Shown here: piece by piece, positions 1-12,680 of the stretch | Numbering within the stretch: the first letter of the stretch is position 1 | Layout of the letters: each line of letters begins with the position of its first letter | Assembly (NCBI RefSeq): GCF_018350175.1 | Contig: NC_058382.1 | Coordinates: 50,902,001-50,966,000 of the forward strand | Length of the DNA: 64,000 nucleotides | From: Felis catus | Taxonomy: Eukaryota | Direction: 5' to 3' | Made by a program: the position numbers and the translations under genes | The notes under the pieces: model-generated | The model's input: the letters and a program-made list of their open reading frames with translations, nothing else | Databases searched by the model: none | Told to the model about the DNA's origin: nothing

Positions 1-39
1 GGAAGCTGATTCTCTTAGGGATTGAATTTTTCTGCTTTC

Positions 40-465
40 CATCACAATGCAGTCTTAAGATGTCTTGCCACATTGAATATTCTGCAGAAAATACTTCGGT
101 CCATTATATTTATGACCTCATATTCATCTATTAAGCAGCAGTGAATACTCTAGATACCCTGATGGCAGGAGAGAAAGTATACAAAGATTCAGGAAATTGC
201 CAGCACATCCCCCGAAAGATAAAGGACAATTATTGCACATTGCATCTTTTACAACAAAGAAAGAACTGCACACAAGAGACTTCTTCATGTTCTATATACT
301 CTATGCTTGAGGATAATGCTCTGACCCACTTATTGGGTTATGCACAAGACTTTTAGTTTTGAGTGTGGTCCTGTGGACAAAAATATTTGCTGCAGTGATG
401 CAGGCTGAGGCACACAGAGCCCTGCCTCTTTAGCCATATGATTCAAGACCTCATGGTAATGAAGT
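40..465 (+). mobile_element. Degenerate ERVL-class (HERVL/HERV16-like) internal pol (reverse transcriptase) fragment
   Basis: 99-119 reads V-H-Y-I-Y-D-L, a decayed LVHYIDDI RT motif. Downstream blocks AAGGACAATTATTGCACATTG..ACAACAAAGAAAG, AGTTTTGAGTGTGGTCC and GCCATATGA follow the order I recall for ERVL pol. No intact ORF. Confidence 0.7.
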
Positions 466-589
466 ATCTATAATTAAAATTAAAAAAAAGACAACACTGT
501 AGTATATCCAGAAAGGCACAGAAATGAGTAACCATACTTGCAGAGGTAACTGACCCTAATCACAGGAGGACACTACTGACATCAACATG

Positions 590-965
590 ACTTTTCAATG
601 ATGATGCTAATCTTCATCAATGCCAGACTTCCTCACTGTGAATTTTCTCCCCTTCTCTTTCCATATTTTATTCTGTGGAAGCTAGTGAGGAAATCCAGCC
701 CACACGCAGCAGGAGGAAAATACTCAGATATTTATTTTTTGAGTTATAGCGAGATTCTGTCATAATTCATTTTGTTGCTCCCAATTTTCCAGCTTTAGCG
801 ACCGGGGGCTTTTCCAGGCTGACCCCTGTGTCCTTTTGGCATGCCTCAGGTTTTGATTTTTTGTTTTTTGCTTTAGCAATTCCTTGCTTTCTGGCACTAC
901 TAGCTTCCCCAGGCTCGTCTTGTATTTCCTGCCCCAGACCAAGAATCAGACATTTCCCCAAAGAG
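590..965 (-). mobile_element. Old L1 (L1MC/L1MD-type) 3' region fragment
   Basis: TGTTGCTCCCAATTTTCCAGCTTT...TTTCTGGCACTAC...CAGGCTCGTCTTGTATTTCCTGCCCCAG resembles the antisense L1MC/MD 3' UTR. Confidence 0.7.
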
Positions 966-2179
966 CTATAAGGCCAATTTCAAATGCGTTGTAGAAAATG
1001 GAATATGCCAAACAAGTTTGTATTTCGTAGAGTAATAAGCTTTTGTGGAGCGGGTCTCTGGGAAAATACTTATGATGCAGGAAGAGATCACACTCTGGCA
1101 TATAATTTGCTTCCTCTGGTCTCTTTTGTTTTTCTTTACTTTCTGACTTCAACACATACATTTTCATAAGTGCTTTTTATGGCTCAGTGGCAACTGAGAA
1201 CAGTAAGCAGACTTTGTAGATGTCCGTCATTCTTGCTTCATCAGAGTGAGTTAATGGTTATTCCTTGTTCAGTTATTGCTGGCAGCTGAAATGGTTAACA
1301 CTGAGGAGAATGGAACATCTTCACAATGTAATCTTTGTTGATTCCGTGGGAAACAGGGTAACTTGCTCTTCAGGGACCAAACAGAGGGGTAAGGGATGGA
1401 CAGAACGTCAGGCAGCTCCATCTTGGTCCATGGCGACCTTCCTTGATTTCAAGGGCACAGGAGACAGACCCAGGCATTGCACACCAGGCACAGAGGACAG
1501 GGACTAGAACACAGAGAAAGACCACACCTCTCCTTTCCGAGTACATCTGTTTACTGGCTTTTTGGCCCACGACAACAGTTTGATTACCTGTTTAGACAGT
1601 AGCTAAATGAACACATGCATTGGAAAGAGAAAGATTCCAGTCGTTTTCACTTTCAGACAAAGTTTACGCTAAAAAACTTAATGAACATTCAGACTAGAAT
1701 TTGTTTCAATAAAAGATTTCACAATCCATTTATGACTCTCACCTCCTCCTTGCCCTCTCTACAGGAACCGCTGCATTGTCAGACCCACACATTTTCTTGA
1801 ATACATTATGTAAATAAGGAACAGATAATTTGTTGAAAAGCTTTAGACTGGTGAGAATTTTTTTAATATAGCCACTTGGAGTTTTTACATGCTTGTATTA
1901 ATAATTGCTGGCTATGATAATTTATTTCTAAAACAGGGGCTATTTGTCTGAAAATGGACTCCTCTCCAGCAAGTCTCACTATTTAATTAATTTCTTGAAG
2001 ATGAAACTTCACGGCATCATTATAGATGCAGAGAAAAAAAATGCTTCCGTTAAATTAAAAGAAGTCAAAATGCAAAGCTTAATTAGTAGAATATATTTAC
2101 CAGTAAGAACTAATTAAATACACATTAATCAGTTAAAATAAATGTAGCGGTATTGTGCTCCTTCTATAGTTATATTCCT

Positions 2180-2630
2180 TCTGTTCTATACCATTTAGAT
2201 GCTTTCTCTGGTTTCTTCACTATCCACTCCTTCTTACTCTCCTTTGTGGGCTTATTCTCCGCATATGACCTCTGTTTGTCCCAAGGCTCTGGTTTCATCT
2301 TTCCGCTCCATCTATAGACTTTCTATATGAATGAATCAGGTCATAGCTTTAAATATTTTTACATTTCTAGCCCTGACCACTTCTCAAAGCTTGAGACTCT
2401 GAAATCCAACTTTGAAGGTGACTTCTCAGCTGCATTGTGTTTGACATCTCCCCACAGAGTCTCTAGGTGTACCTCTAGCCTTCCACCTCCCCCATGTTGC
2501 TGAATGGGCTCAACATCTACCTTCTTCCTTCGGCCAAATGTGAGCAGCTTTCCATAATCTTTGCTAGTATCACCTACATCGAATCAAGTGGTCTAGCTCC
2601 GAAATATTTCTGGAATTATCCTCATATCTA
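2180..2630 (+). mobile_element. L2 LINE fragment
   Basis: C/T-rich L2-type blocks (ATAGCTTTAAATA..TTCTAGCCCTGACC..ATCCAAC); highly diverged. Confidence 0.55.
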
Positions 2631-3060
2631 AATATGTGGTCTGAGTGCATCTGATTCCTTTAACTTGGCATGTTTTTGAGGTTCATTCATATGGCAGTCT
2701 ATATCTGTTTGTTCCTTTTTTGGTGAATCGTTTTCCATTGTATAAATAGATCACATTTGCTGATCCACTCAGTTGGACATGTGGACTATTTCCAATTTTT
2801 GAATATTAAGAATAATGCCGCTATAAACATTTGCAAAAAAGTCTTGGCATGGAAATACTTTGCTTTCCTTTACTTGGGTAGATTCCTAGGAATACAATTC
2901 CTGGGTTGTATAATAACCATTTACTTACCTTTCTAAGAAACTACCAAACTGTTCTCCAAAGTGGCTGGACTGTTTCACATTCCTGTTAGCAACGTGTGAG
3001 GTTTCCCATTTCCCTAGATCAGGGCCAACCCTTATTATTTTCGCCTATCCCAATCAGTTT
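2630..3060 (-). mobile_element. Old L1 (L1MB/ME-type) ORF2-end/3' UTR fragment
   Basis: TTTTGAGGTTCATTCAT...GGACTATTTCCAATTTT...AGAAACTACCAAACTGTTCTCCAAAGTGGCTG is typical antisense L1. Confidence 0.8.
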
Positions 3061-4419
3061 TGATTTAAACATGTCTAGTCAGTGAATGCTAATGGAAACC
3101 CTTAATTCACATACCAACTACATGTGAATGTCCTGTGACACTGTGTTTCTACTGAGTTGAAAAGAAAATAATGAATGAGTAAAAGGAAATTGTGAGTGGT
3201 TAGGCTGTTAGCAAGGACGGCCATTTCCCAGTAGAGCAGGCCAGCTAAATCTCTCATCTGGAGAGGTTTGCTCATTAAATGAAGTTAAAATGAACCTGCT
3301 TCCCTGTTGTAATCACATGGACTGCCAGGCTCTCTAGGACTCAAATACTCCCTTACTGTGTGTACATCGTAGGCAGGGGTGAGGTGAACCATTGCACAGA
3401 GAGAATGTAAAGTCAGAGACAAGAAGCCAGTAATTCAAATAATACTAAAAATTGACACCAATGACCATTTAAAAAAATAAAGGCAGAACCTAAAGAGCTT
3501 TCATTTGCTTCTGGGGAGTTGAACCCTTGTTCAAAACAAACAAAAAAAAAAAACAAGTGAAAGGGAATGATTATCTAGTAAACCATCAACTGTAGTTCAA
3601 GGTAAGGATGCAAAACTGATGGATGTTATATTTGAAGTGAATTATCAGCTTGAATTTTAACTGAGGTCAGTTTATATCTGTAAGACTTATTAGGGTCCTA
3701 GTTAACTTCTCCTATAATATCTGAATCTAAAATATCTAGAGTCTAAAATATCTGGCTGAAGAATAAACCCACAGGATGCCAAACTCTGCTAGGAGAGTTG
3801 GGGGTCATCATTTTCTGAGAATAACAAGGAAAAATGAAGATATCTTTCAGGACCTTCCAACAGCCATATGTGCACAAACTTTATGTTAACAGAGATGTTA
3901 AATTTCCCACTGCACGTGAACAGCATAAGAGAAGGTGAGAGGTCATTTATTTTATATTTTGGAATATTATACAAAGTTCAAGGGTATGATATGTGAATAC
4001 AGGGTAATAAATCATTTTGGGCAGAGGGTAATTAAAGAGATTAATAATATTAATCTTTTGCCTTGATATTGAAAAAAATGAGTTCCACATCTTCTTTATA
4101 TCTTATTGGTGTATTTCTCTTCCTATCACACTCATTACCTGTCTTATAGACAATAAATATATATTTTAGGATATAAATACAACACTTTCTTTTTCAAGTT
4201 TAGCATATTCTCAACAGCAAATATTTATGTGGCTATTATATTCATAGATTTTTTAAATTAAAATCAACTGACAAAACTCATTTATCATGAGCTTCCAAAG
4301 CCCTACAGAAATTATTACAATTATAATTATTCATAGTCTTATAATATGCAGAAAGGTCTTAATTCAACTAAATACCAACGTGACATTTCCAGCAGCCCAA
4401 ATAGCCCCTTAAATAGCTA

Positions 4420-4650
4420 CTGATATTCTTTAATGAGCATTTACTATGTTCCCAAGCACTATACTGAATCCTTTACATTGCCTAATTTAATCCTTCCTAC
4501 CATTCTATGAGTAAATACATGCACTCGCTGTTTTACAGGTAAGACAACACAGACTTCTTAAGTTTCACTATTTGCCCAAGATCACTTGGCCTCAAAATGC
4601 AGGATCTTGGATTTAAATCTTGGCATACCTGATTACTTAGCTTGGTGGCA
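4420..4650 (-). mobile_element. MIR SINE
   Basis: GAGCATTTACTATGTTCC..TTTAATCCT..TTTTACAG..TTGCCCAAGATCAC MIR core. Confidence 0.7.
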
Positions 4651-6748
4651 TAACTACTGTGCTCTCGTACCTCCTTCCTCACTCACTGTTGAAGAAGACT
4701 GTGCAGACAGACCCCGGAGTCACTTCAGTATTCAAGGTCCTCAAGCACACCATGGTCACATGGACCAGTATCCCTCCAGAGGATGCACCTGCAGGGTGGG
4801 ATCCCTGCTTGGGACAGCACCCAGAAGGGGGAGGAAGAGGATTTAAGGGAGAAAAGAGAATAGAGGCTGGGGACACACAGTCACAAGTCAACAAGCACCA
4901 CTGGAGATTTGGCCAGTACACGCTCTGTGAGGTACGTGCGTCTTTTTGTGCACATTTAGCTAAAGTGTCCTCACTCTTATGAATCCAGGAAGCACCACGC
5001 CTATCAATCGGGGGGGAGCTAAGAGTAGCTACCTCCACACGACTACCCGAAGCCAAGATCTTGCATGTCTCAGATTCTACTAACGTTTTCCGCTTTTCTA
5101 CTGGAAAAAAAAAGTGCCAGATACTATGAAATACGAAAGACGTCAAAACTACTGTGGGATCCTCTGGGAGATTACACCAAGAGAGATACATAAGGAATCC
5201 ATTGACTCCAATCCCCTGATTGAACCTACACTACTCAGGGGATGAGAATTCATATATAAACATTTCATCTAACCCCCCTTCAGAAAGCCCACACCTTGTC
5301 TGAGAACGAGTCACGCGGCCACACTTTGAATGTTGTCCACTGCACATATAATACAAAATGAACACACGGTGGCTGGTAAGCCAGTTCCCAGATTCACTTC
5401 CAGAAGACAACAGATATGACTGTCAAAGTTGCTATAGCATGCTAAATTTTCTAGAAATCACGGCCATAGGTGTGGGCTGAGGACGACTGTTCTAACCTTC
5501 ACCCATGAAAACACGCATGTGAGGTGTAACACGAGGGTACACGTGAACGGGCTCATTTCCTCATGTATCTTTCCAGCTCACCAGCATCTTTCCCAAAGTT
5601 ATGATCATCATATACAGTGGTGGTAAAACCAGGCTCTGTGAATATCATGAATTCTACATTAAAATATGTATTCCTGCATCTACCGGCTGAGATAATTCTA
5701 TGTGGCATTCCCCTATGGGGTTAATTTGCTTGATTTTGTGGGGTTTCTGTGGGAGGTGGAAAGGCCAGATGGATACGGACAACAGCACAATGGTCCATAG
5801 TATCACAGTCACAACTCTGAACTAAAGACCGGCCCGTCACACATTTTCTCCCAGGAAAGCTCCCAGAAAATCTTTAAGACCCTGGGGGTAAGGGAGGGAA
5901 CCTTGAAATAGTTCTGAAATTCCACTTCTAGACATCCCGAGATAGGATCACAGATTCAGTTTTCAAATGATTAGGGAAGTATTACATCATTTGCTCCACG
6001 ATATTGTGGAACAAATATCTGTCAATTACCTTGGCAAAGCTTTTCTAATAAGGACAATGTGTTAAGTGCCAAGAAAGGCATTACAATGTGCAGCTTTCAA
6101 AGAAAAGCAATGAGACTCAGCAATGGAAGGAGACAGTCAAAGTTCTTTAGTCACTGTTATTATATGCACAAAATCAATTAGGCCAAAAAATACTTGAGCT
6201 GCTTACAGAGCATAACACAATTCAAGTCGCTAATTTGCATCTGAATATTATTCACGGAACTCTAATATGTTTTTCAGGGACATATTCCTTGAAGAGAGGA
6301 CGGATGGATAGACGGAAAAAGGTATACTGGGATGTAAGCATGTAAGTAAATAGAAACATGGAAATAATTTCTGTCAGTTGTGGAACGCAATAAGGAATGG
6401 AAGTCATGATTCATTTCTGACTTTAGGTTTGCTATGTGACAGAAGGGGGGTTCATTGTAGGGTATGTATTAAATGCAAACCCTTCACACGGTGATACCAA
6501 GAGACAGAAAAGCTTCCATGTAGCCTCTTTAGGTCTGAACAGTTGAAAGATGATGGTCAAAGGGCAGCTTTTGAAAACATCTCCTATGTTTTATCGGCAG
6601 ATACCGTACATGGTGTCCCTACTCCAACGTGTGGTTGGCAGACTTCCTCTTTTTGGTATATGAGTTCCCCATTCAAAGAGAACTATAACCCTTTTATTCT
6701 GACAACTGAGGGAACGCCCAAAATGATGATATGAAAAAGTGTATGACT

Positions 6749-6921
6749 GGGGAGCCTGGGTGGCTCAGTCAGTTAAGCATCCGACTTCGGCTCAGGTCAT
6801 GATCGCACTGTACATGGGTTCGAGCCTGGAGCCTGCTTCAGATTCTGTGTCTCCCTCTCTCTCTGCCCCTTCCCCACTCATGCTCTGTCTCTGTCTTAAA
6901 AATAAATAAAACATTAAAAAA
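6749..6921 (+). mobile_element. CAN-SINE with internal deletion
   Basis: GGGGAGCCTGGGTGGCTCAGTC head, (CT)n, AATAAATAAA tail; imperfect TSD AAG(T/C)GTATGA. Confidence 0.92.
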
Positions 6922-7074
6922 CAAGCGTATGATCACTCGTGTGAAAATAAATATAACAGTTTCAAGAATACAATCATCCCTCTCTCGGAAATATCCCTAG
7001 TCTCTTGCCCCTCTGAGCATTATCAGAAGTTCAAGCAGGAAACGTTCTTTCTCCTAGAAAAAACGTGCTCTCTT

Positions 7075-7085
7075 ACACATGCAGG

Positions 7086-7132
<47 letters not shown>
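7075..7132. repeat. (CG)n(CA)n microsatellite
   Basis: Direct read. Confidence 0.95.
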
Positions 7133-7134
<2 letters not shown>

Positions 7135-7496
7135 TATTTTACGATCAAATGGAGAAAGAGGGACGCTTGCTAAGAAGTCACATAAGTATTTAAAACCAGT
7201 AAGACAAACAGTGGTACTAGCAGTCTGTTTATCAGGAAGTAGGCGTCTAGAGAGCAGGTTGGCTTTCGCTGATAACACTGGATAATTTTCTGGAGGTTGC
7301 CTTAGGTCAAATAGGCGATTGAAGGTGGGGGCGTGGTGACCCAGGAAAATCAACACAGAAAGGTGACATCCAACAGGAGATACCAGATTCTGGCCCTTGA
7401 CTTACTTCCTGGCGAACTGTGTCCTCTTAAAATGGATTAAATTAACACTAATAACTCCTCTCCTAACCCTTTTCCCATTATATAACTTGAACATTC

Positions 7497-7676
7497 TTTT
7501 AAGTTTATTTGAGAGAGAGAAGCGTGAGCACGCATGTGAGGGGAGAGGGGCAGACAGAGAGAGAGAGAGAATCTGAAGCAAAATCCACTCAGCGCAGGTC
7601 TCGTGAACTGTGAGATCATGACCTAAGTGGAAATCAAGAGTTGGATGCTTAACTGAATGAGCCACCCAGGAGCCCC
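7497..7676 (-). mobile_element. CAN-SINE
   Basis: Antisense TTTATTTGAGAGAG...GAGCCACCCAGGAGCCCC. Confidence 0.92.
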
Positions 7677-7888
7677 AAAAGAAAATTTTTAAGTGAGAGT
7701 CCAAGCCTTTCCCCTGCTCCAATTCTTATGCCTTATTATATAAATTGAGTCTTGTTGGTTTTAAATGAAAATCAGGTATCAAGCTTCTGAGCGGTCTGAA
7801 CATATTTATTCAATTATTTCAACGTTATTCTCTTCCTAAATAATTTATAGTGTCTAGGTTCACAAATCAAATAGTACAGCCATTCACA

Positions 7889-8100
7889 GGGCACCTGGGT
7901 GGCTCAGTCGGTTAAGCATCTGACCCTTGATTTCCGTTCAGGTCATGATCTCACTGTTCATTGGATCGAGCCCCGCTTTGGGCTCTGTGCTGACAGGTTG
8001 CAGCGTGCTTGGGACTCTCTTTCCCTCCCTCTGCCCCTCCACTACTTGTGCACCAGCCTTCTCTTCCCCTAAGTAAATAAGTAAACATATATATGCGAAT
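7889..8100 (+). mobile_element. CAN-SINE
   Basis: Full head and tail; TSD AGCCATTCACA at 7878-7888 and 8101-8111. Confidence 0.93.
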
Positions 8101-8154
8101 AGCCATTCACACAGGATGGACTTTTAAATTCAGGATGTGAAATGAGATGGGACA

Positions 8155-8390
8155 GGGGCGCCTGGGTGGCGCAGTCGGTTAAGCGTCCGACTTCAGCCAG
8201 GTCACGATCTCGCGGTCCGTGCGTTCGAGCCCCGTGTCAGGCTCAGGGCTGATGGCTCGGAGCCTGGAGCCTCTTTCCGATTCTATGTCTCCCTCTCTCT
8301 CTGCCCCTCCCCCGTTCATGCTCTGTCTCTCTCTGTCCCAAAAGTAAATAAAAACGTTGAAAAAAAACATTTAAATTAAAAAAAAAGAAA
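8155..8390 (+). mobile_element. Young felid SINEC_Fc-type SINE
   Basis: Diagnostic GGCGCAGTCGG..CAGCCAGGTCACGATCTCGCGGTCCGT, CpG-rich; perfect 16 bp TSD GAAATGAGATGGGACA at 8139-8154 and 8391-8406. Confidence 0.96.
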
Positions 8391-8631
8391 GAAATGAGAT
8401 GGGACAAGGGAAAACGATTCCTTTTATTTTGGTCAATAGTTTTTATTTACTTAATCCCACCCCACCCCCACAACACACAAGCACAGACATGCATCCCTGC
8501 TCTTCCTTGTTACTCTTTTCCTCCTCTTCCCATTGGGTCTGTGGGAGCAGATGGCAAAAGGTGGAGGGAGGAGAGCTATTAGTAACCAAGATCTGGCTCC
8601 CATCTAGCAGCTTTCTTTTCAAAATTGCCAA

Positions 8632-8674
8632 ACACGCACCCACGCGCATGTGCGGACATGCGCGCGTGCTCGCG

Positions 8675-8705
<31 letters not shown>

Positions 8706-8716
8706 AGTGTGTGTCT
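8632..8716. repeat. (CG)n/(CA)n alternating purine-pyrimidine tract
   Basis: Direct read: CGCGCGCGCGCG followed by (CA)n. Confidence 0.93.
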
Positions 8717-9446
8717 TTGTATGTGTGTTCATACATTTCAACAATCTGCTCCTTTCAGAGCTATGTTTAGAATATAGACACAAGCCATTACTATTTACTT
8801 TAAAAGTAGTATCTATTTATTGTCCCCTTTATCCATCATATTATGAACCACAAAAATTGAGGTGACTGTTTTTCTGAAAAGCGTATGACAAACATATACT
8901 ATTAAAAAACACGATTTCCTCTACCCAAACCTGAATAAGTACAAGAGAATGAGTATCAGAAAATAGAGGAAGAATAAAAACTTTGTCTTTGTTTATAAGC
9001 TACTCAGGAAAAAAAAAAAGAAGCTAAATGGTAAAGCCTCTTCTTAACTAACAGACCCCAATCTCATAGGTAACATTTTAAATGGTCTTTCTTATTTTAA
9101 GAACAAAATAAGCCGTTTCATCTTTTTTTTCCTAATTTCAAAATGCCCAGGGTTTCATTAGTTCTGTTTCTGGTGTTCTATTTCTGGAGCTGTGAGGAGA
9201 GCTATTTCACATCTTTAAGACGTGGTAGTGCAGAAATAACAGGATCTCCACACCCCAGATAATTTAAAATGGAAATCCGAGTGGCACTTCTGGGAGTGAT
9301 AAAGAGAAGCCATATGCACAGATATACTCTCTTGAGCCCCTGCAAACTTTTCTGACGTTTGAAAAGCACTGAAAGTAGAATTTTCTCTGGTAGAGCTATG
9401 CCAGTTTGACTCAATCTAATTTTATTCCAGAACAACCTACAGAAAA

Positions 9447-9485
9447 CCACACACACACACACACACGCACACATACACACGCACG
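9447..9485. repeat. (CA)n microsatellite
   Basis: Direct read. Confidence 0.92.
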
Positions 9486-9787
9486 TACGGGGGCGAATCT
9501 CTTAGATTCTGATAGCTCCTTGTAATTACGATGGGATGTCCATAAATTAACTACTTTATCTAAAAACTCACGTTTAATTTTAGATATACTACCATAGTCA
9601 GAGCCTAAGGGGAGATCTCACTGCTAACACTTGGGTTCCAGAATCCTTGTCAGCTACCACTGGCAGTCCCAGTAGGCTCGCCACGAAAGACAGAGGGGAC
9701 GGATGGCTAGAGAACCTCCTGAAGGTTGCTACTCTGAGGAAGGGGCAGCCTGAGTCACAGTTCAGCATTCCTTTCTATTTAAAAAGA

Positions 9788-9950
9788 TTTTTTTAATGCT
9801 TATTTATTTGAGAGAGAGAGAGAAGGAGGAGGAGGAGGAGGGGGAGAGAGAAAGGGAGACAGAATCTGAAGCAGGCTCCAGACTCTGAGCTGTCAGCACA
9901 GAGCCCGACATGGGGCTCAAACCCACGAACCACGAGATCATGACCTGAGT
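9788..9950 (-). mobile_element. CAN-SINE lacking its 5' ~40 nt
   Basis: Antisense body ends abruptly at ATCATGACCTGAG. Confidence 0.9.
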
Positions 9951-10259
9951 GCAAAGCGCTTTTCATCCCTTGCATAAAGCCCACAGCACCACTGGAGGAC
10001 CCACCTTGGGTACCTATTTCCCTGAGCTCGTCCTCCCAATGTCCTGGGCTCCCAGATCTCTTCATCTCCACACAGGGGCCTGAGCACCCAATGTGGCCCA
10101 TTCTCCTTGATCAAAACTCCAGCATGACCCCTCAAATGGATGTTCAATTCCCACATCATAAATCGTATGTTACAATTTGAAAAATCCCCATTTTGTATTT
10201 TTTCCCTTAAGTGTATTCACAGTTGCCACCTTGCTAATGTTTCTTAAAGGTAGGTTCTT

Positions 10260-10435
10260 GGGGCACCTGAGAGGCTCAGGCGGTTGAGCATCTGACTCTT
10301 GATTTCAGCTCAGGTCACGATCCCAGGGCCATGGGATTGAGCCCCGCATCAGATTGAAATTCTCTCTCTCCCTCTCTGCCCCTCCCCCACTCGTTCTCTT
10401 TCTCTCTCTCTCTCCTCTCTCAATTTTTTTTTTTA
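10260..10435 (+). mobile_element. CAN-SINE (older, shorter type)
   Basis: GGGGCACCTGAGAGGCTCAG..CTCTTGATTTCAGCTCAGGTCA; flanked by TTAAAGGT. Confidence 0.9.
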
Positions 10436-10770
10436 AAGGTGAGATTTTCATTCATCTATTCAATGTTATCCTCAGGATGTAGTACGGTATGTGACAATCA
10501 CTACTCAGTAAATATTACATTGAACAAATGAATTAAGTAATTTCTGAGTATTCAAATCAGCGAAAATACTGAGCGACCTGCCCCATGCGGAGGCCAGTAC
10601 GGTTCTCCAACCATGTAATGATGATGTCCTGAACCAACCTGACGAGATCTGGAATAAAAGGAAAGATTTGAGATATAGCTTTATTACTTCATGACTTCGT
10701 ATATACAGAGGGAAAGAAAGGGCTGCAAACAGAGACAGTATCACTCTGGGAGTTAAATACTGAGGGAACA

Positions 10771-10986
10771 GAGCATCTGGGTGACTCCGTCAGTGAAGTA
10801 TCTGACTCTTGATTTTGGCTCAGGCCATGATCTCACGGTCTGTGAGTTCAAGCCCCATGTGGGGCTCTGCACGGAGAGTTCAGAGCCTGCTTGGGGTTCT
10901 CTCTCTCCGCCCCTCCCTCGCTCACGTGCGCACACTCTCTCTCTCAAAAACAGCTAAATAAATTTAACGAAAATTAAAAAAATAAA
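10771..10986 (+). mobile_element. CAN-SINE
   Basis: 17 bp TSD TAAATA(C/T)TGAGGGAACA at 10754-10770 and 10987-11003. Confidence 0.93.
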
Positions 10987-12467
10987 TAAATATTGAGGGA
11001 ACAAAAGGAGGACAGGAAGAGTGTAGTAACTGAATAAAACCTGACACTAACTGAAACCACGTCACAGAGTTCTACCATTTTTGATGTAAATTACACACTG
11101 GTCCACTAAGAATGTACAATTTCTCACCGGATTTGCCCTGTGGGTTCACAAGCTCATGGAGGCTCAACTTTCAAAGATTTCCAGCTCCTTGCAAAGGGCA
11201 ATGAGGCAGGCAGAAAATCTCTGTGCAGCAAGATGAAGAGGAAACGTCATACGGAGATGTGTGTGGGGAAACCCTATGCCCACAGACACGGCAGGTTTGG
11301 AGGAAAACTCTGGCAAATGTGGTGATCCTACGTGACGGTCACTGGGAAACACACAAATGAAAGGATTCTTCTACAGGCTCTGGTGCAATCTCAGGGGCTC
11401 CATGTCCCACGACTGTGACACTACTGATCCATTTCACCTTCAGAGAAGTGAACCCATCAAGAGCACAACCCACCTTCCTCTAAGTGATACCGTACGCGTT
11501 CGTAAATATAGGTCAAATTGAACCCTTAAAGATAAAAGCATAAAGGGAAGAAAAGCTCCAGATATTTTATAGGCGGTGACTTCAGATCAGCCCCCCAGAT
11601 AATTCTGTGGAACGTGGGAGTTAAGAGTTCTTTTATCTCCTTCCTTCCTCCGGCTGGTTACATTTCTCAAAGGACACAGTAACATCCATCTCTAGCTTAT
11701 CTCTCACCTTATTTCCAGAGAAAAGGGAAAGTAGGTTAATGCTGAATTGGCTCAAGTTAGGGCCCCAAATATCATAGTTACTCTTCCTCAGAGTTTACTT
11801 TCCAAAGCAGCAGACTGTTGGGCAAGACTGATCTCCTTAAGTGGCTCTTATGTTTGGTCTTCAGTTATTTGCCCATGGAAACCTTAGATTGTGGAGAATC
11901 ATAATAGAGATCATGTATTTCAAAGAATTTCAAGTTTACCTTGGATGTTGATGACTAAACACCTGCCTATTTTTCGTAGAAGGACACATATTTTAAAACA
12001 CATCCCTACTCGCACTGCAAAAGCATATAAATAGATCAAAATGTCATAGGTTTACGTGATCTCAAATACAGAAAATGCTAGTTCAATATAATTATTCTGA
12101 TTGATAATTACAAGTTTTCAGGTAGACTCCAATACTTACTATCTGATTAAGGAAAACATGCCTGTTTTTGTGAAAGAGAAGGATATTTTCTGCTCCTGAA
12201 TTTTCGGACAAATTCACTGATGGAAGCCCTACAATTACCACATTTATGGTGCGTGCCATCAGGGAATGTGGTAGCACCCTTGATAAAGTGTGCCTGGGAA
12301 GGACAGACCCTTTAGTTCTCAAACTTGGGGTTGGTGGGGACTGGTTACATGACAATATTTCTTCATCACCATTCACACCCCATTTTCACCACGTAGGTAC
12401 AGTACAGAATGTACAAGAGCATATCAAGAAGAAAATTCAGTTCTGCGTAACTAAAAAAAAGTAGATA

Positions 12468-12680
12468 TGGACGCCTCGGTGGCTCAGTCGGTTAAGTGTC
12501 CAACTTCAGCTCGGGTCATGATCTCGCGGTTTGTGAGTTCGAGCCCTGCCTTGGGATCCATGCTGACAGCTCAGAGCCTGGAGCCAGTTTCAGATTCTGT
12601 GTCTCCCTCTCTCTCTCTCTCTCTGCCCCTCTCCCGCTCATGTTCTCTCTCTCTCAAAAATAAAATAAACATTAAAAAAA
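12468..12680 (+). mobile_element. CAN-SINE (SINEC_Fc2-like)
   Basis: Full head, (CT)n and A-tail. Confidence 0.93.

Noticed and set aside
4530-4545. TTTTACAG/GTAAG recursive-splice-like motif
   Set aside because: Lies in the MIR core (consensus TTTTACAGATGAG), so it is explained by repeat decay.
4679-5191. 170 aa minus-strand ORF, the longest in the track
   Set aside because: No recognisable domain or convincing splice context; ORFs this long can occur by chance in 64 kb.
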